Below, in pieces: positions 1-12,795 of a DNA stretch of 64,000 nucleotides. Source of the stretch: Spirogloea muscicola (taxonomy: Eukaryota); assembly GCA_009602725.1 (NCBI GenBank), contig WELB01000021.1, positions 940,634 to 1,004,633 of the forward strand, given 5' to 3'. The notes below the pieces were generated by a model. That model searched no databases and was not told where the DNA came from. It saw only the letters and a program-made list of their open reading frames with translations. Positions within the stretch are counted from its first letter, which is position 1. The number at the start of each line of letters is the position of its first letter. A program made the position numbers and the translations under genes.

Positions 1-1572
1 CATCTGCTCAGTTGCTACCTGGAAACTTGCTGTGCTTGAGTGTGCTACATTGTGCGATGAAGCTGCTCCAACGTCTGGCGCTCGCGGGTCCTTCAATCCT
101 TCGTGCCTTCCTACTTGTTGCAGAAAGTTCGGGGCATCAGCAGCCACGTGTACAACAAGCACTGGGCAGAAGCAGCTTGCGGATCTCACGGACACATTGC
201 TGCAAGCCCAAGAGCAGTTACTGGAGTTCCGTGTCCTTGCAGGCCATTTGGAAGTAGCCAGTCCACATGCTTCTTCTCCCTCTCTCGCCCTTGATCGAGT
301 GGTCAATCTGGGAGCATGCAGCAGCCAAGGACCTTCCTCCCTTTGCCCGCATACGGCACCCGCGAGCCCAATGTCTGTATCGACAGTCTCCAGTGAGAAG
401 AACACGTCTCACCTCGCTGGATACTCAGCCCTGCTACCCATGAAGATGGAGGAGGATGTCTGCTTGCAAGCCAGTGCCGATAGGGCGACGAATGAATCAC
501 ACTGCGACGAGGGAGCTGTTGTTCTCACCCAGTATGCTGACAAACGTGGCGGAGCCAAGCGGACCAGATGCTCCAATGGCGACAGGAGCGATGGCAGTCG
601 CCAATCTCCAAGAAAGTGAGTGCTACATGCATCTGGGTGTGGTCAATTGCAATGAGCCACACTGCATGAGCTTGCTCAACACGAGAACTCTGAGCTCATC
701 AAAATCGACACGACAACAGTCTCATTGCATCGACTTGGGACGTCATCTCAAAAAGAATTGCTGGCACGGTGTGTGAGCGGCTAACTGTGGCAATTTTACA
801 ATCCACATGTGTACTAACACCTTCAACATCCAACTTTTGCAGACCAAAGGTGCCCACTAAGGAGATACACGTGATAGTCCAAGAGCCCTTCGACGAGAAG
901 CACATCCCTGACGATGGTTGGAGTTGGCGTAAATACGGCAGGAAGCCCATCAAGAGCTCGCCAAATCCTCGCAATTACTTCCGCTGCAGCCTGGAGGACT
1001 TGGACCAGCCATGCCTGGCAAAGAAGAAAGTGGAGGTTTCTAAGGACGACAAGAATGTGTATGTTGTCACCTATCTTGGCTATCATACCCACGCTGCCCC
1101 TCCAAAACCAATCACGATCTCTCTCATCAGCCAGATTGGGGCCCCGCCCATTGACATCGGTCCAAGAGATCCTCAGCAGCCACCTAGAGGAGGACCGAGC
1201 ACTGCCACACTTCCACATACGAGAGCTCATCAGATGTTGGGGCCTGCACCAGCAACTTCAAAAGCATCAAATGGTGTGCCCGTGGACCCATGCATCACAT
1301 GTGAGCAGTACACACATAAGGCTGGTGTAGATTGCAACATGAACATCGCAACAATCTTCGAGGGACAGGATGCAGGCTATACAGATGTTGCTGCAGCGGG
1401 CTCAGGGGCGGAAGCCATGGAGGACTACATTTCTACACCAAGCTCCAGCAAGTCCTTGGGATTCTTCCCGGAATCTGAGGCTGTCGAACCCTTCTTCAGC
1501 TCCCAGTCAGAAGCAGGTCCAGTGAAGGCACATGTCTTGCACTCGCAAGGTCACTGGCGTCTGCCTTATTAA
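1..1572 (+). CDS. WRKY transcription factor (variant WRKYGRK), 5' part outside window; exons <2-615 and 843-1572
   Basis: DDGWSWRKYGRKPIKSSPNPRNYFRC-x8-C-x23-HTH in ORF 769-1572. A GT-AG intron 616-842 (AA|GTGAGT ... TTTTGCAG|A) joins the upstream open frame (ORF 32-619) in phase. Confidence 0.92.
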
Positions 1573-1779
1573 AAAACAGCAGAACCAGGAAATGGCTTTG
1601 CACCGCTAGGTCTCTCAGACTTCAGCAATATATGGAGCTAAGCTATGGTTCCACAGGTTCAAGGATCATACGCAAGGATATTACCGGCATACAAGGTGGT
1701 TTGTGGTATATATTCGCATGTGCATTGCTAGCTTGGTGACTGGTATCAAGACTAGGCCTAGTGGAATGTTGAGATGTTA

Positions 1780-1839
1780 CCAATGTCCAGACTCTGCTTT
1801 GGAAGTAATCCAATGTCCAGACTCTGCTTTCGAAGTATT
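1780..1839. repeat. 30-bp tandem duplication
   Basis: ccaatgtccagactctgcttt(g/c)gaagta(a/t)t occurs twice, at 1780 and 1810. Confidence 0.9.
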
Positions 1840-4616
1840 CCACCTCCGTCAAATAATTACTCCCATGCAACGATGTTGCTGCACTTTCTGTGTGATGTGC
1901 ACACAGGCTTCCGCTTCCCTCCGCAAGGGCATTACTCTATCAGACATTTTTTCCTGAGGCACTTTGAAGCGCCTCAGAGATACTCTCAAAGTGCCAACCC
2001 TGTTATCCATGAGATGCACGTCCAATCTTCCACCTTTTCGTGCAGATAATCGCACTTCACGCTTTACAGCGTGTCACATTATATCATCACATCTGACCTG
2101 TTCGGATTGAGCTGCCTGATGTCACTCAATGACGAGTAGCACCTCCAGCAAGGTGTGCATCATAATTCCTAAGATGTGACAAATCTGAGTACTTCGGCCT
2201 TCTTGTTGTGTACTCTTATTGTATTTGAGAGACGCAATAGCTACTAGCCGACATAATTCTGCCAGGACATAATCCCGGTTGTGGCTGTTGAGTCTACTAA
2301 GCAAGATTGGGTGGGCCACTGCCAGATGTTACCAACAGCGGCACTTCAGGTGTATATTCAGAAATCTAGTGGTCTAGACGACTCTGTGCAGGAACGACGC
2401 CTTCATGGGTTTCATCAACAAATTACTGATACAGCTTCCGGTGGCAGTACACCAAGGGGAGATGGTCGGTGTAGGGCCGTGGGTGTACGCCGGTGATTGC
2501 AGATAGTTGATAATAACTCATCACAGATCAAAAATTGGTGTACTTGTGGCCGGAAGGGTAGGGAGGCTGTAAAGGGGACAACGTGAGTGTGTGGGGGCGA
2601 GTGAGTTCCTCATCCACCGTCTGACGCCTGTGGACTACTTTGTTTGGTCATGATTTTAGCCGACACACTGCCTTCCAACTTTTCTTGCGTAGCTGTGCTC
2701 TTGGGCGTTCTGATCTGCCCGTCCATAAAAGGGAGCCTTGCAGGAGCGGGATGGATCTGACAAGTTTCAGTATCACCATGCCAGTGAACGGGTGGGAAAA
2801 GGTGACACTCATCCATAGCCAGCATGGATGAACATTTCTCCCTTCACTGTGTGAGTTCTTGGGGATAGCAGCCTGCTTCGTAGCATCAGCACTGCTCATG
2901 GCTTCTTACATGCTAAAAGGCTCAAGAAAGACAGCATTGGCAAGAGCACTAGCTCTCTCAAATCTGGCGTGTATAACCTGGCTACCTCCGCTTCAGCTTC
3001 TGGGCCTGTCTCTCACTAATGCAGCAGCCTCATCTGTCAACTCGCACTGCCTCGACTCAGTCGCCAATCTCATCTCCTGCCTCCTCATTAGGTACAAGCT
3101 TAGATTCGTCAGGTGCAGGCCACTATTGTACGTCACCTACTATCTTGAAGGCCTAAGGAGACAGGCGGAGTCATCTGGACCTCCTTTTCGTCCAAAAACT
3201 GCATCTTTGTTGCATACCCATATTCCTTTCCTCAAGATCAAACAAGTTGTCTTTACTTGCTTACTGTAATCTACCATAACAAACTGACGAGCTTATGTTG
3301 CAAGTCGTGTTGTAATCCACTTGGATTGCGCATCCACCCACAAAAATCGAACACCCTATGATGGGCAACGGTGGTCCTGTCTCGTGTCCAAAGCATGTGG
3401 CCTCGTGCATTCTACTGCTTTGGTAGATCACCTGCTCGGTATGAATATGTGAGTCATGGCTTCAGCCCAGGATTCAGGTAGAGAAGGAAGATGGAAATGT
3501 AGAGAGTGGCAGTCTTCATCACAGATATGTGACATCTTTGTTGACTATGTCGTCTGGCGACGGTCGTACGCTAGTATTTGCTTGTATATGCCTTGTTGCT
3601 GAATCGTGTCCACTTGGATTGGTCGATGTGCTGTCTGGTAAATCACCCTAGTCTCTCCAACTCTCTTGCTTCATTTTGTGAAGCAGGCAAGCCAGCACAT
3701 AGTGTAGCGTCTAATGCTCCCCAGCTACCATCTAGAAGGAGTCGTACAGAGCACTGCATTCAGGTGGAAGCCCCATGAGGACGGTGAGCAGCTGATGCCT
3801 CGCAAGAAATGCCGCTTCAATGTTCCGCAATCTGTAGCACCAAAGCCTTCACTTTTAACAAGGTCCTGTACAGGCTCGTCTTTCTGAACTCGCCAGTTAC
3901 ATGCAGGAACGTGCTAACACTTCTTCTGTTCCCAAGCTTGCCTGAAAACTCAGATATGCATCTCGCTAGCGAGCTGCTTAATGACAATGCAGACCAGCTA
4001 GTCCTCAGATGAATTGACTACTATGGTCGCAGCTAGAGCGTTCTCCCCAGAGGTTGGCTGACAAAGCCCTGAACTTGCTGAAATTCTACAACACCCCCAT
4101 ACGCCCCTAATGTAAAGCAGCTCTGTCGCCTTGTATCTCCAGATTGTCTAATATGCATGACGTGACAGCTTGGGAGAGGACAGGCTGCGAGCAGCCCAGT
4201 GGGCTGAAACTTAATTTCAGTCCAAGCTGGCTACACATCATGTTGCATCTCCAGATTGGCTTCGGAAGCCGCCACCGCCGATTATTGTCTTCCCCAACCA
4301 AAGGTACTCAGCTTGCCATTTCCCTTTCCAAGGGGTACAGACGCAGCACCGCTTATGTCCGGCAGACAAACAAAAATCTTACAGGCTCAGCTTGCGCCTA
4401 TGGTGGATAGCAGCAATAGCTAAGGCATGCACGCAGACTCGCTCGCCTTAGTAACTTTAAGGGTTTGGCTTCGGAATGAATGAGCCCGATGTACTGGTGC
4501 GCTCTTGACACAGACAAGCACTCTAGTTGACCACCGGGCTGAGTCAGTGGGTTCCCAGCCCCGCTGGTTCCCTATATTACCATAGTCATTACTAATCTTG
4601 GTGGCTCAGCTCGCAC

Positions 4617-5560
4617 TCAACTTGCTTCACATACTGGTAAAGGATTGCCGCCATGGAACAGCCCTCTCTCCACCTGCTTGTCTTTTGGCACCTTGTACTG
4701 CTTGCACGCCCAGAAAATTAATCTCAACACAGTTGTGTTTCTTATTACAATGCCATATCCTGGAAGTACACTAACAAGGCAGGATCTAAGTGCAAGCTTG
4801 ATCAACCCTGTGCTCAACAACTTCATAGAAACTGCTTGCGAGGCACCTCCAAGTATGCCTCCAGCTGCAGACCACAATGCTCCCTTCACGAAAGTATGAC
4901 AAACAGATATTGGACGGTCAGGTCGAGATATTTTCCTTGAAGAGTTCAGGTTTCTTCATCTCTACGTTCTTGGGACGAGCAGACTGATACGTTCACCTGA
5001 TCCAAAATACTACACGTATGTATGGCAATTGCAATCAAGGTAAGCAAGAAGACCACCTCCAGTGCAGCATGTTGAGGTTGCCATCCTAGATTCATGACTT
5101 TCCCATTGGTGCACCAGACTTGTCCATGCCACACATTATCCCCTTCAGCTGGATGTAAGGCTGTCCATGCAAGTCAGTGCTGCCACAGATTATAAAGCGA
5201 CCCATCCCTTCTGGCATCTCAATGATGTCTTCATCACAGGTGGCAACAATGACATCGTGATGGTCGACAACCTCTCCCTCTTTTAGCAGCACACCACTTT
5301 CGCGCATTGCCTTGACTTTCTCTATTGCATGCTTTGGTGTCCTGCAGCATATGACACACAATTTCCATTCACATCTTCAATGTCTCATGGCCCAGCCTGA
5401 CGACAGATAAGAGTCACTGAAGCTTATATTGGAATGTCAGCTAGACTGGATCGCTGCAAAGCCTTCACATAGAGTTGAGAAGCGGGCCAGGACTGCTGGG
5501 TAGTGCATTGTACTGAAAGCACAGTACGAACGGTTGGATCGCACTCTGTGAGGTGGCAGT
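4617..5560 (-). pseudogene. Decayed copy of unidentified 'family Y' (paralogue of the 45.4-47.5 kb duplicate)
   Basis: Minus-strand peptides ALQRSSLADIPI*AS and AMRESGVLL..G..HH resemble ALQGQSLSDFQVQQEASS and AM/IGIGGVLL in the 46-47 kb copies. Stops and frameshifts present. Confidence 0.5.
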
Positions 5561-6619
5561 GTGCCATTCTTGAGATGTTGCTACTTACCTGGCCCAGTGA
5601 CGCTCTTGCATTTCGTTGATGAAGTGGTTGCAGCACATCAAGTATGCATCTTCAGTGACAGGGATGAATACACCATGCTGAACATCCTTCAAAGCCTTGG
5701 AAAAACCGCCTGCTCTGTTGGAAACTCCATCAGCTGCTCGGAAGACCAGGCTGGCCTCTTTCGTGGCAACCATTCTTGTAGAATTCACAGCGTTCATTTT
5801 CAGACTCTTAGCTGTACTAGCCAGAGCTGCAGCGCCTGCAACACTTGCAACAGCTGCAGCCTGAAGGAAAACATAGCAATCAGTCAGGAAACACTGACAA
5901 AGCAATCAGCCAAGAAACACCGATGAAGCGGATAGAAAAGTTCGTCCAAGGCTATGACCATACAGATTGTGAGATTCATGCTTTTCCGTTGCGGCAGTTG
6001 GTCTGCTGAAGGGGGTGCCCTTTGGAAGAGTGCGCTAGATACTCAGAAACCTCAGGCTGTGAGAAGGCTCATCAGCCACACTTGGTCAGGCGCTCAGTGG
6101 AGGCCTCGCGAGAAGTCGTGAAGAAGGTGTGAGTTGAGGGCAACATCGAGGTTTCTGCTGGCCTTTTGGCTACCCGAGCTCCACAGGTCGCGGAACACAA
6201 CATTCAAACATACTGCAATAGAAGGTGCGCCAGACCTAGCCGGCTGAATAAGACAAAACAGTGGCACAAGGGCGATGTGAAGTCAGCCCCTTCACACTGC
6301 CTTCTTAGCTGCCTCCGTCCTGTGGCGGCACCCTCGCCAAGCTGAAGCCTCCAGCAACTCAGTCCTTGTTTTGCACGCTTCTCGCAGCCTCTAAGCAGGT
6401 CTTTGCGACTAACTGGCGGTGGGGGGCCGGGTGGTGGTGTTTGGCGGTGGCGGTTGCGGGCCGCCGCCGCGACGCTCTGGCGGCTGCGCCACGACGTGTG
6501 TGCACCCAGCTGGAAGTTCCGCGGACTTCCAGGTACTCAGCAAGAGTTGGTCAGCAACTGTCGCGGCATGCCGTGGCCGCGTATGACAGTGCAACCGAAA
6601 AGAAACAACTTATACGGCA

Positions 6620-8020
6620 GTGGCTGTGAGAGCCAACCCAATAACATTGAACAAGGTCTGAAAGGGCCGGAAGGAAGAACTTATGTAAAGTTGAAAGAAT
6701 CGAAGGCCAAAATGGCCAAACACAAAGGCAAGCACATCTAACGACGTACATCACCCACTGCAAATTGACCGGCTCAGTAAGCACGGGTCAACACATAGAG
6801 GTCGCCAATCAATGCCTGAACACCAGATGGCAAATACCAGATGCCGGAAGGCGCAGGAGCACCCCATAATCTGGCACGAGGCACCCCCCAATATCAGATG
6901 ATGAGGGCTATGCAGCCACTCGTGGAAGCCACTTGCGTAGCTGTCTGGTTTGGCCCAAACCGGCACTTCGGACCTTGTCCATCGCTTTGGGCTGGCTTGT
7001 CACAACCATAGCCCCCTATTTGCAAGAACTTTTGAGTATCACTGCTACTCATCCCCCGTGGCCACTTCGCCTCATAAATAGTGGTAGAGAAAAGCGAGAA
7101 GGCGCGCGGCGCGCAGGAAAGGAGAGGGAGGCCAAACGAGTCAGGAAAACATGAAGACCATTAGGGGTGCCTCTTCAATAACTGCCCATTCAGCAGCCGC
7201 AAGTTGGAGAAGTAGCAGCACGTAGAAGGAAGCAGCTCGTGCAAAGAAAGTGGCTCGTCCAAAGGGGGCGAGGGCTGTAAAAAGCCAGCCCAAGAAGTGT
7301 GGACGAAGTCCGAATGACTGAATGGTGCTCATATCACACAGCTATGCAAGTGACCACAGCAAATAGGAGCTCAAACCCCTCGTCAGCAGCCGCAGGGCGG
7401 AGAAACTCGCAGCTTGAATAGGAGAGCTGCTCACAGCCATCTCCTTACATTGGAGGAGCTTTTCTCAAGGGGGGAGGGCTGCGGAAAGCCAGCCCACAAA
7501 AAAAAAAAAACAAACTCCAGTGGAGCCGAGGAAAACGTGGAAGGATCACTAAGTGTGCCTGCTCAGTAACCCCTAGTTAGCAGCCGCAAGTCCGTAAAAG
7601 TAGCAGCAGGAAGGGAGTTGCGGGTTTTAGGATTTGGGAGTTGCGGAGCAACTCTTTCCCAGTAGAGGAGGCAGAAGTCAGGGCACGCCGAGCACGAGAA
7701 GAATAGAGAAGAAGCACTCTCGCGAGGATAGAAGAACCAGCTTGGCCAAAGTGAGGCGATTGCAGTGAGAGGCCAGCCCAATCAGAGCTTGCAACACAGC
7801 AACACAGCTAAGCAAGTATCAAGCAAAAAAGAGAGGTCGCTCTTTCAACGGGTCGAGGGCTGTGAAAGGCTAGCCCGGAAAGAGTGGACAAGGTCAAAAG
7901 GGCCGAAAAGCACTAAAACCTCACAGCTATGCAAGTGATTGCAGCGGATGGGAGCTTAGTAACCCGAGTCAGCAGCCACAGGTCGGAGTGACTTGCACCT
8001 GGAGAAGAGTCACTCAGAAA
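6620..8020. mobile_element. Stack of 5'-truncated non-LTR retrotransposon 3' ends (several families)
   Basis: Repeated ORF ends (DLRLLTRGY* ending at 7563 on the minus strand; a YVLTRAY*-type end near 6780 homologous to ~40640) with GGGCTG...CAGCCC-type hairpins at ~6990, 7272, 7476 and 7857. Confidence 0.75.
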
Positions 8021-8462
8021 GGAAGTGCGCGCCCATAGAGAAGAGGGGCTGGCAAAGCCAGCCCAAAGAAGAAGGACAATGTCCAAAGCCAAAGAAAGAG
8101 GAGCCGGAGAAAGGACTACAATACAAAACACTGCAGAACACATAGACGATGCAGAGGGAAAATCAGTACCCACGAGTGAGCAACATCAGGTCTGAGTAGC
8201 TCGCTGCAGGGAAAGAGGCACTCTGCCGAGACCCAGAGGCGGCGGCCATAGCACGGCCTGCTCGCGTGTGGACAGCGTGGGCAAGGGAGCGTTGAAGCGA
8301 TATGGCCAGGCGCATGCGGAAGACTTGTGCGAGCGAACCGGCGGCGTTGAAGCCGGGCATCGCCCCTGGCAGACCCGGCCGCCGGTCAATGGCCTGGCGG
8401 GCAAGCCGCTGAATGAGATCCAGCCTGCGGCTGCCGAAAGCCCCGTGTTATCGCCAGGCCGC

Positions 8463-8826
8463 TGTTGGAAAGAGTGTTCTTTGTAAACTCTTGACTGCTA
8501 GCTGCATATGGTCTAGGTCTAGCTGTTTTGTGTGGAGCTGCGCTGTAGTGTTGACCTAGGAGTGGGTGGATGGCATGGGCCCCACACGCTGGTTGCCAGG
8601 TCAGCGGCTTATCTGCCGGGCTGGCCGACCAGCTCAGCCTCCCCGCAATTCCCCAACTGGTCGGGCCAGGTTCATAAGACACTGGAGGGCAGGCAGCCCT
8701 TGGCTCTTCTCAACACCTTCGGGCCCTCCTAGTCCGGTTGCTCCCCAGTCGCCGCCGCCGCTGCCGCCGCCGCCGCTGTCGCAGCCGCTGTCGTTGCCAC
8801 GCCATGGCAGCCGCTGCATTCTTACA
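8463..8826 (+). mobile_element. Solo LTR (364 bp)
   Basis: TGT...ACA termini, perfect 5-bp TSD GCCGC (8458-8462 / 8827-8831), homologous to the LTRs at 9767-10159 and 13377-13906. Confidence 0.9.
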
Positions 8827-9766
8827 GCCGCCTAGTCACCGGGTGATCAGCATATTTTCGTTCCTTGCCCCGTGCCGCCTGGCCGACCGCGTGCCCTGCA
8901 AGGGACGCCGATCTGGTGGGATTGGCGGAGTCGATGCAGTCAGTTGTCACCACATCAGCAATGATGCGGGGACAGCCGCCGGGCGGGATGGCGACCAGGT
9001 CGGCGCGTCGCGTATGGGGCTGGCCGTCCGCGCCCAGCTGGATGGGCATTATGGAGGAGTTCTCCACCGCGACCTTGAAGCCAGCCTTCGAAAACACCCC
9101 CTGCATACCATCTCGCAGGAGGTCGTGCATCTCGCAGGAGGTCGTGGGAAGCGGTCCGCTCGGCCCCGTGCGCGCAACGGAGCATATGGGCAGCCAGCTC
9201 CGAAGGTTCAGCGTGACGGGCACCGCACTCGCACTGAGTGACGCCCTCGAGGCAGGGAGGGAGGAGGCCCAAGAGCCGGTGGACCGCCGTCCTGAAAACC
9301 TCATGGGCATGGTGAGCGCCGCGTGGAGTGGGAGTGCTGATAACCACGCCGCCGCCCCAGGAGAAGTGCGCGCCCATAGAGAAGAGGGGCTGCGGAGGAG
9401 GCTGAGAGCAGCCGGGCGCGCCCTCGAAGGCCGGACGGGGGGAGAAGCTCCACCACCTGGGCAGAGGCCGCTCTTTCAACCAGCGCCGAGAAGCAGGCCT
9501 GGGCACGCTGGTCAGGGGTGTGGACGAGGTGGATGAAAGGGACGGCCTGCTCCGCCATGTTGGGTGGGACCGCCAGGAGCCCGTCGCGGGCAGAGCGGAG
9601 GGCAACCTGAAAGGGCAGCTGACCGATCTCCACTTCGGCTGCCGCCCGCTCCAGGGCGCGCAAGCCGTGACGAGGAACCTTTGGCACATGGGGGCTGCCA
9701 CCTGAGCCCAGCTACCCATGTAGGCCGCCTCGCAGGCGCGGGCAACTGAGCGGCATCCCATGCGTT

Positions 9767-10159
9767 TGTTGAGCCGCGCCGGCCATGGCGTGGCGACGAC
9801 AGCGGCGGCGACGGCGGCGGCGACCGACGCAGCGGCGACTGGGGAGCAACCGGATTAGGCGGGCCCGAAGGTGTCGTGAAGAGAAGGGTTACTTGCCCTC
9901 CAGTGTCTGATATACCCCAGCCCGACGGCGCGCCCTAGCGCCCAACGGTCTGGATCTCACGGGTCGACCCCAAACCCTACGGTGGAGATCCAATCGATCT
10001 ACCAACCGCTGGGATGAACCCTGGGCCCTCCTAAACCTCGCCTACCACTGTCCGTGATGAGCATCCCAAGGCGCTACAACGCAGCTCCACACAGGACAGC
10101 TAGACCTAGACCATATGAAGCTAGCAGGAAAGAGGTTACATGGAACACTCTTTCCAACA
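9767..10159 (-). mobile_element. Solo LTR (393 bp)
   Basis: TGTTG...CAACA termini, perfect 5-bp TSD GCGTT (9762-9766 / 10160-10164); first ~90 nt closely similar to the LTR at 8463. Confidence 0.92.
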
Positions 10160-10298
10160 GCGTTCACCGCCGACGAGGGGGGGATGGTGCGGGCCAGATA
10201 GTGTGGCCGCTGCGCAATGCACCGTGGCAGCATCGGGGTCGCAGTAGTTGACATAGGCGGCATGATACCTGCACGCCGTGACCAGGCTGTCACGGCTA

Positions 10299-10502
10299 GT
10301 TGATTGGGTTAGGCCGCCCGCGTCCGGCGGGACTGGGACGACTGTTTGGGTTTTGCGCCCGCGTCAGGCGCAACGTGTGCAGCGATTGGGTGGTACGCCC
10401 CGCGTCCGGCGGGACGTGGGCAGCGATTGGGCGATGCGCCCCACGTACGGCGAGTCGTGAGCAGCGATTGGGTGATGCCCTCCGCATCAAACGGGAGTTG
10501 GG
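10299..10502. repeat. Degenerate ~41-bp tandem array (about 5 units)
   Basis: agcgattggg at 10381, 10422 and 10463; weaker units near 10302 and 10344; most units carry a GC-rich mini-palindrome. Confidence 0.8.
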
Positions 10503-10711
10503 CCGCAATTGAACTCGAACGTCGCCAAGTGGTACTTCGGCGACAACTTGAGCACCATTTCTGACCACGAGGGTGGAAGGCCCCGCGCTCGCGACCCCAT
10601 CTTCACACCAGATTGATGAATGACGCACCCTCACATAGCCACATGAGCAGCCACCTCCGCATCCTTGTCAGCACCGACGCAAATGAGCCACCGATGGGAC
10701 ATCGCACGACA

Positions 10712-12795
10712 ATGGCGACCAGGTCGGCGCGTCGCGTATGGGGCTGGCCGTCCGCGCCCAGCTGGATGGGCATTATGGAGGAGTTCTCCACCGCGACCTT
10801 AAAGCCAGCCTCCGGAAACACCCCCTGCATACCATCTCGCAGGAGATCGTGGGAAGCGGTCCGCTCGCCCCCAGGTGCGCAACGGAGCATATGTGCGGCC
10901 AGCTCCGCAGGATCAGCGTGACGGGCACTGCACTCGCATTGAGTGACGCCCACGAGGCAGGGAGGGAGGAGGCTCAAGAGCCGGTGGACACCGTCCTGAA
11001 GACCTCGTCGGGCATGGTGAGCGCCGCGTGGAGTGGGAGCGCTGATAGCCACGCCGCCGCCCCAGGGGAGGAGGCTGAGAGCAGCCGGGCGCGCCCTCGA
11101 AGGTCAGTCGGAGGGAGAAGCTCCACCACCTGGTCGGAGGCCGCTTTTTCAACCAGCGCCGAGAAGCGTGCCTGGGCACGCTGGTCTGGGGTGTGGGCGA
11201 GGTGGATGAAAGGCACGGCCTGCTCCGACATGTGGGGGTAGACCGCCCGTCGCGGGCAGAGCGGAGGGCAATCTGAAAAGGCAGCTGAACGATCTCCACC
11301 TCAGCTGCCGCCCGCTCCAGGGCGCGCTGGCCGTGGACGAGGAACCTCTGGCACATGGGGGCTGCCACCTGAGCCCAGCTACCCATGTATGCCGCCTCGC
11401 AGGCGCGGGCAACTGAGCGGCATCCCAAGCCGCCACGGCTGGTCGGCAGGCTAGCCTGCAGCAGCGCAGCTGGTGAGGTGAGGAACGCGGGGTGCTGCAC
11501 GAGGGTGGCCGCGGACGCCAGGATGCCGGAGTGAAAGGCCGCATACGATGCCTTCACCGCCGACGAGGGGGGGAAGGTGCGGGCCAGATAGTGTGGCCGC
11601 TGCGCAATGCACCGTGTCAGCATCGCGGTCGCCAGCTGCATGTCCTGCAGCGTGTGAAGACGGTCCGCTGGCCGGAGGTGTTCCTGCAGCTGCGCCTGCA
11701 GCTGCTCCGTCACGAAGGCAGGTGCGCCTAGGGGGACGCCGAGGAGGGTGAGGCCCCCGGCTGATATCTGGCAACCCTCGGGCAGGCGCAGGTGGGCTGG
11801 CAGGCCCTAAGGGGACCAGCCGCTACATTTGTCCGCTCGAATATCCAGGCCAATCGCGTTCAGCTGCACTTGGAGGGTGTCAAAGGCAGCAGCGACATCC
11901 TCTGACTTCCCCACCAGCGTAGTGTCATCAGCGTATGTCGGCACGAGGACGCCGGGGTGAACCGCGACCGTTGCCTGGAGGGCACGGTGATGTGCCAGCG
12001 CATAGTAGAACCCCGCCAGTGGATCCCCTCGGCGCGCGCCCCCTGGTGGAGTGGAGGGTCTCCAGCGCACCACCCCCCGCCCGCCACTGCAGCTCGCATG
12101 GCTGACCGTACCCCAGCCTGAAGAAGGGGAGAAGGCTGGGGAAGGCCTCTCTCAGCTCCTCCGCGATGACACCACGATCAACGCTGTTGAAGGCGTTGCG
12201 GACGTCAACCGCCATGGCCACCCATTCGGGATGCAGGTCCAGGGCGGCCCGTACGCCGTGCACGACCGTCTCACCGCCGCTCCGCAGCCCCGCACCAAAC
12301 TCTTGGGGCGCCAGGTGTGCCTGGGCCTGCCCTGCATGCTGTTGCCAAAGCGCGCGCCCCACCAGGCGGTAGAGCACCTCACCGATGGTGATGGGCCTGA
12401 CCCCCCCACCGGCCTTGCTGAGCGCCAGCAGTGTACTGGTGCACAGGATGCCGCGAATGCTGGCCGGGACCTGGTCGCGAGCGAGGAGCTGGCACACCTG
12501 GTGGAGCGCCTGGAAGTCGGCCGGGTCGCCCTCCAGGAAGATCTCCCAGAGATGCTCGGTGAGCATGTGGGAAGGACCTCCCACGGCCTCGCGGCGGCTG
12601 CTCTGCAGGGCCCTCCGCAGGGCGTCGGCTTGGAGGACCACCTCCTCCGGCGGTGCGAAGGTGGCCAGCCACGGGGGCAGGGGGTGGCGAGCCGCAGGGT
12701 GCAGGGACTCCAGGGCCACCCTTGTGGCAGCATTGGTGGGCGCCAGCACCGCGTCGTCCAGGGGCTGGACCGCCCTTGACAACTCGCCCGCGTGA
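10712..12795 (-). mobile_element. Non-LTR retrotransposon fragment with reverse transcriptase, thumb, CCHC and start of RLE (frameshifted)
   Basis: GGVRPITIGE, AVDVRNAFN, GARRGDPL, TYADD (YADD at 11924-11935), LPTSRGGLG, GAAAWL, CEC..H..C..HD. Confidence 0.93.

Larger units (their letters stand above)
8021..10251 (-). mobile_element. Non-LTR retrotransposon (RT + CCHC + restriction-like endonuclease type), 3' half, interrupted by two solo LTRs and a 32-nt insert
   Basis: CECGARH..AAHMLRC..SHDLLRD zinc knuckle; RRADL..IIADV..GKERKY RLE motifs; C-terminus RLAISLQRSLA..LLTRGY*; 3'UTR hairpin gggctggc-aaa-gccagccc at 8046-8064. Confidence 0.9.

Noticed and set aside
2091..2120. QLNPNRSDV resembling the NAC subdomain-A trace LKFPRSDEEL
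   Set aside because: Too short and immediately followed by a stop; no other NAC subdomains nearby
8046..8064. Recurrent GC hairpins as rho-independent terminators or tRNA/SINE heads
   Set aside because: They sit in LINE 3'UTRs downstream of the ORF stop; no cloverleaf or A/B boxes seen
10299..10502. CRISPR-like array next to a reverse transcriptase
   Set aside because: Units are degenerate tandem repeats with homologous rather than unique spacers; no cas genes; eukaryotic context
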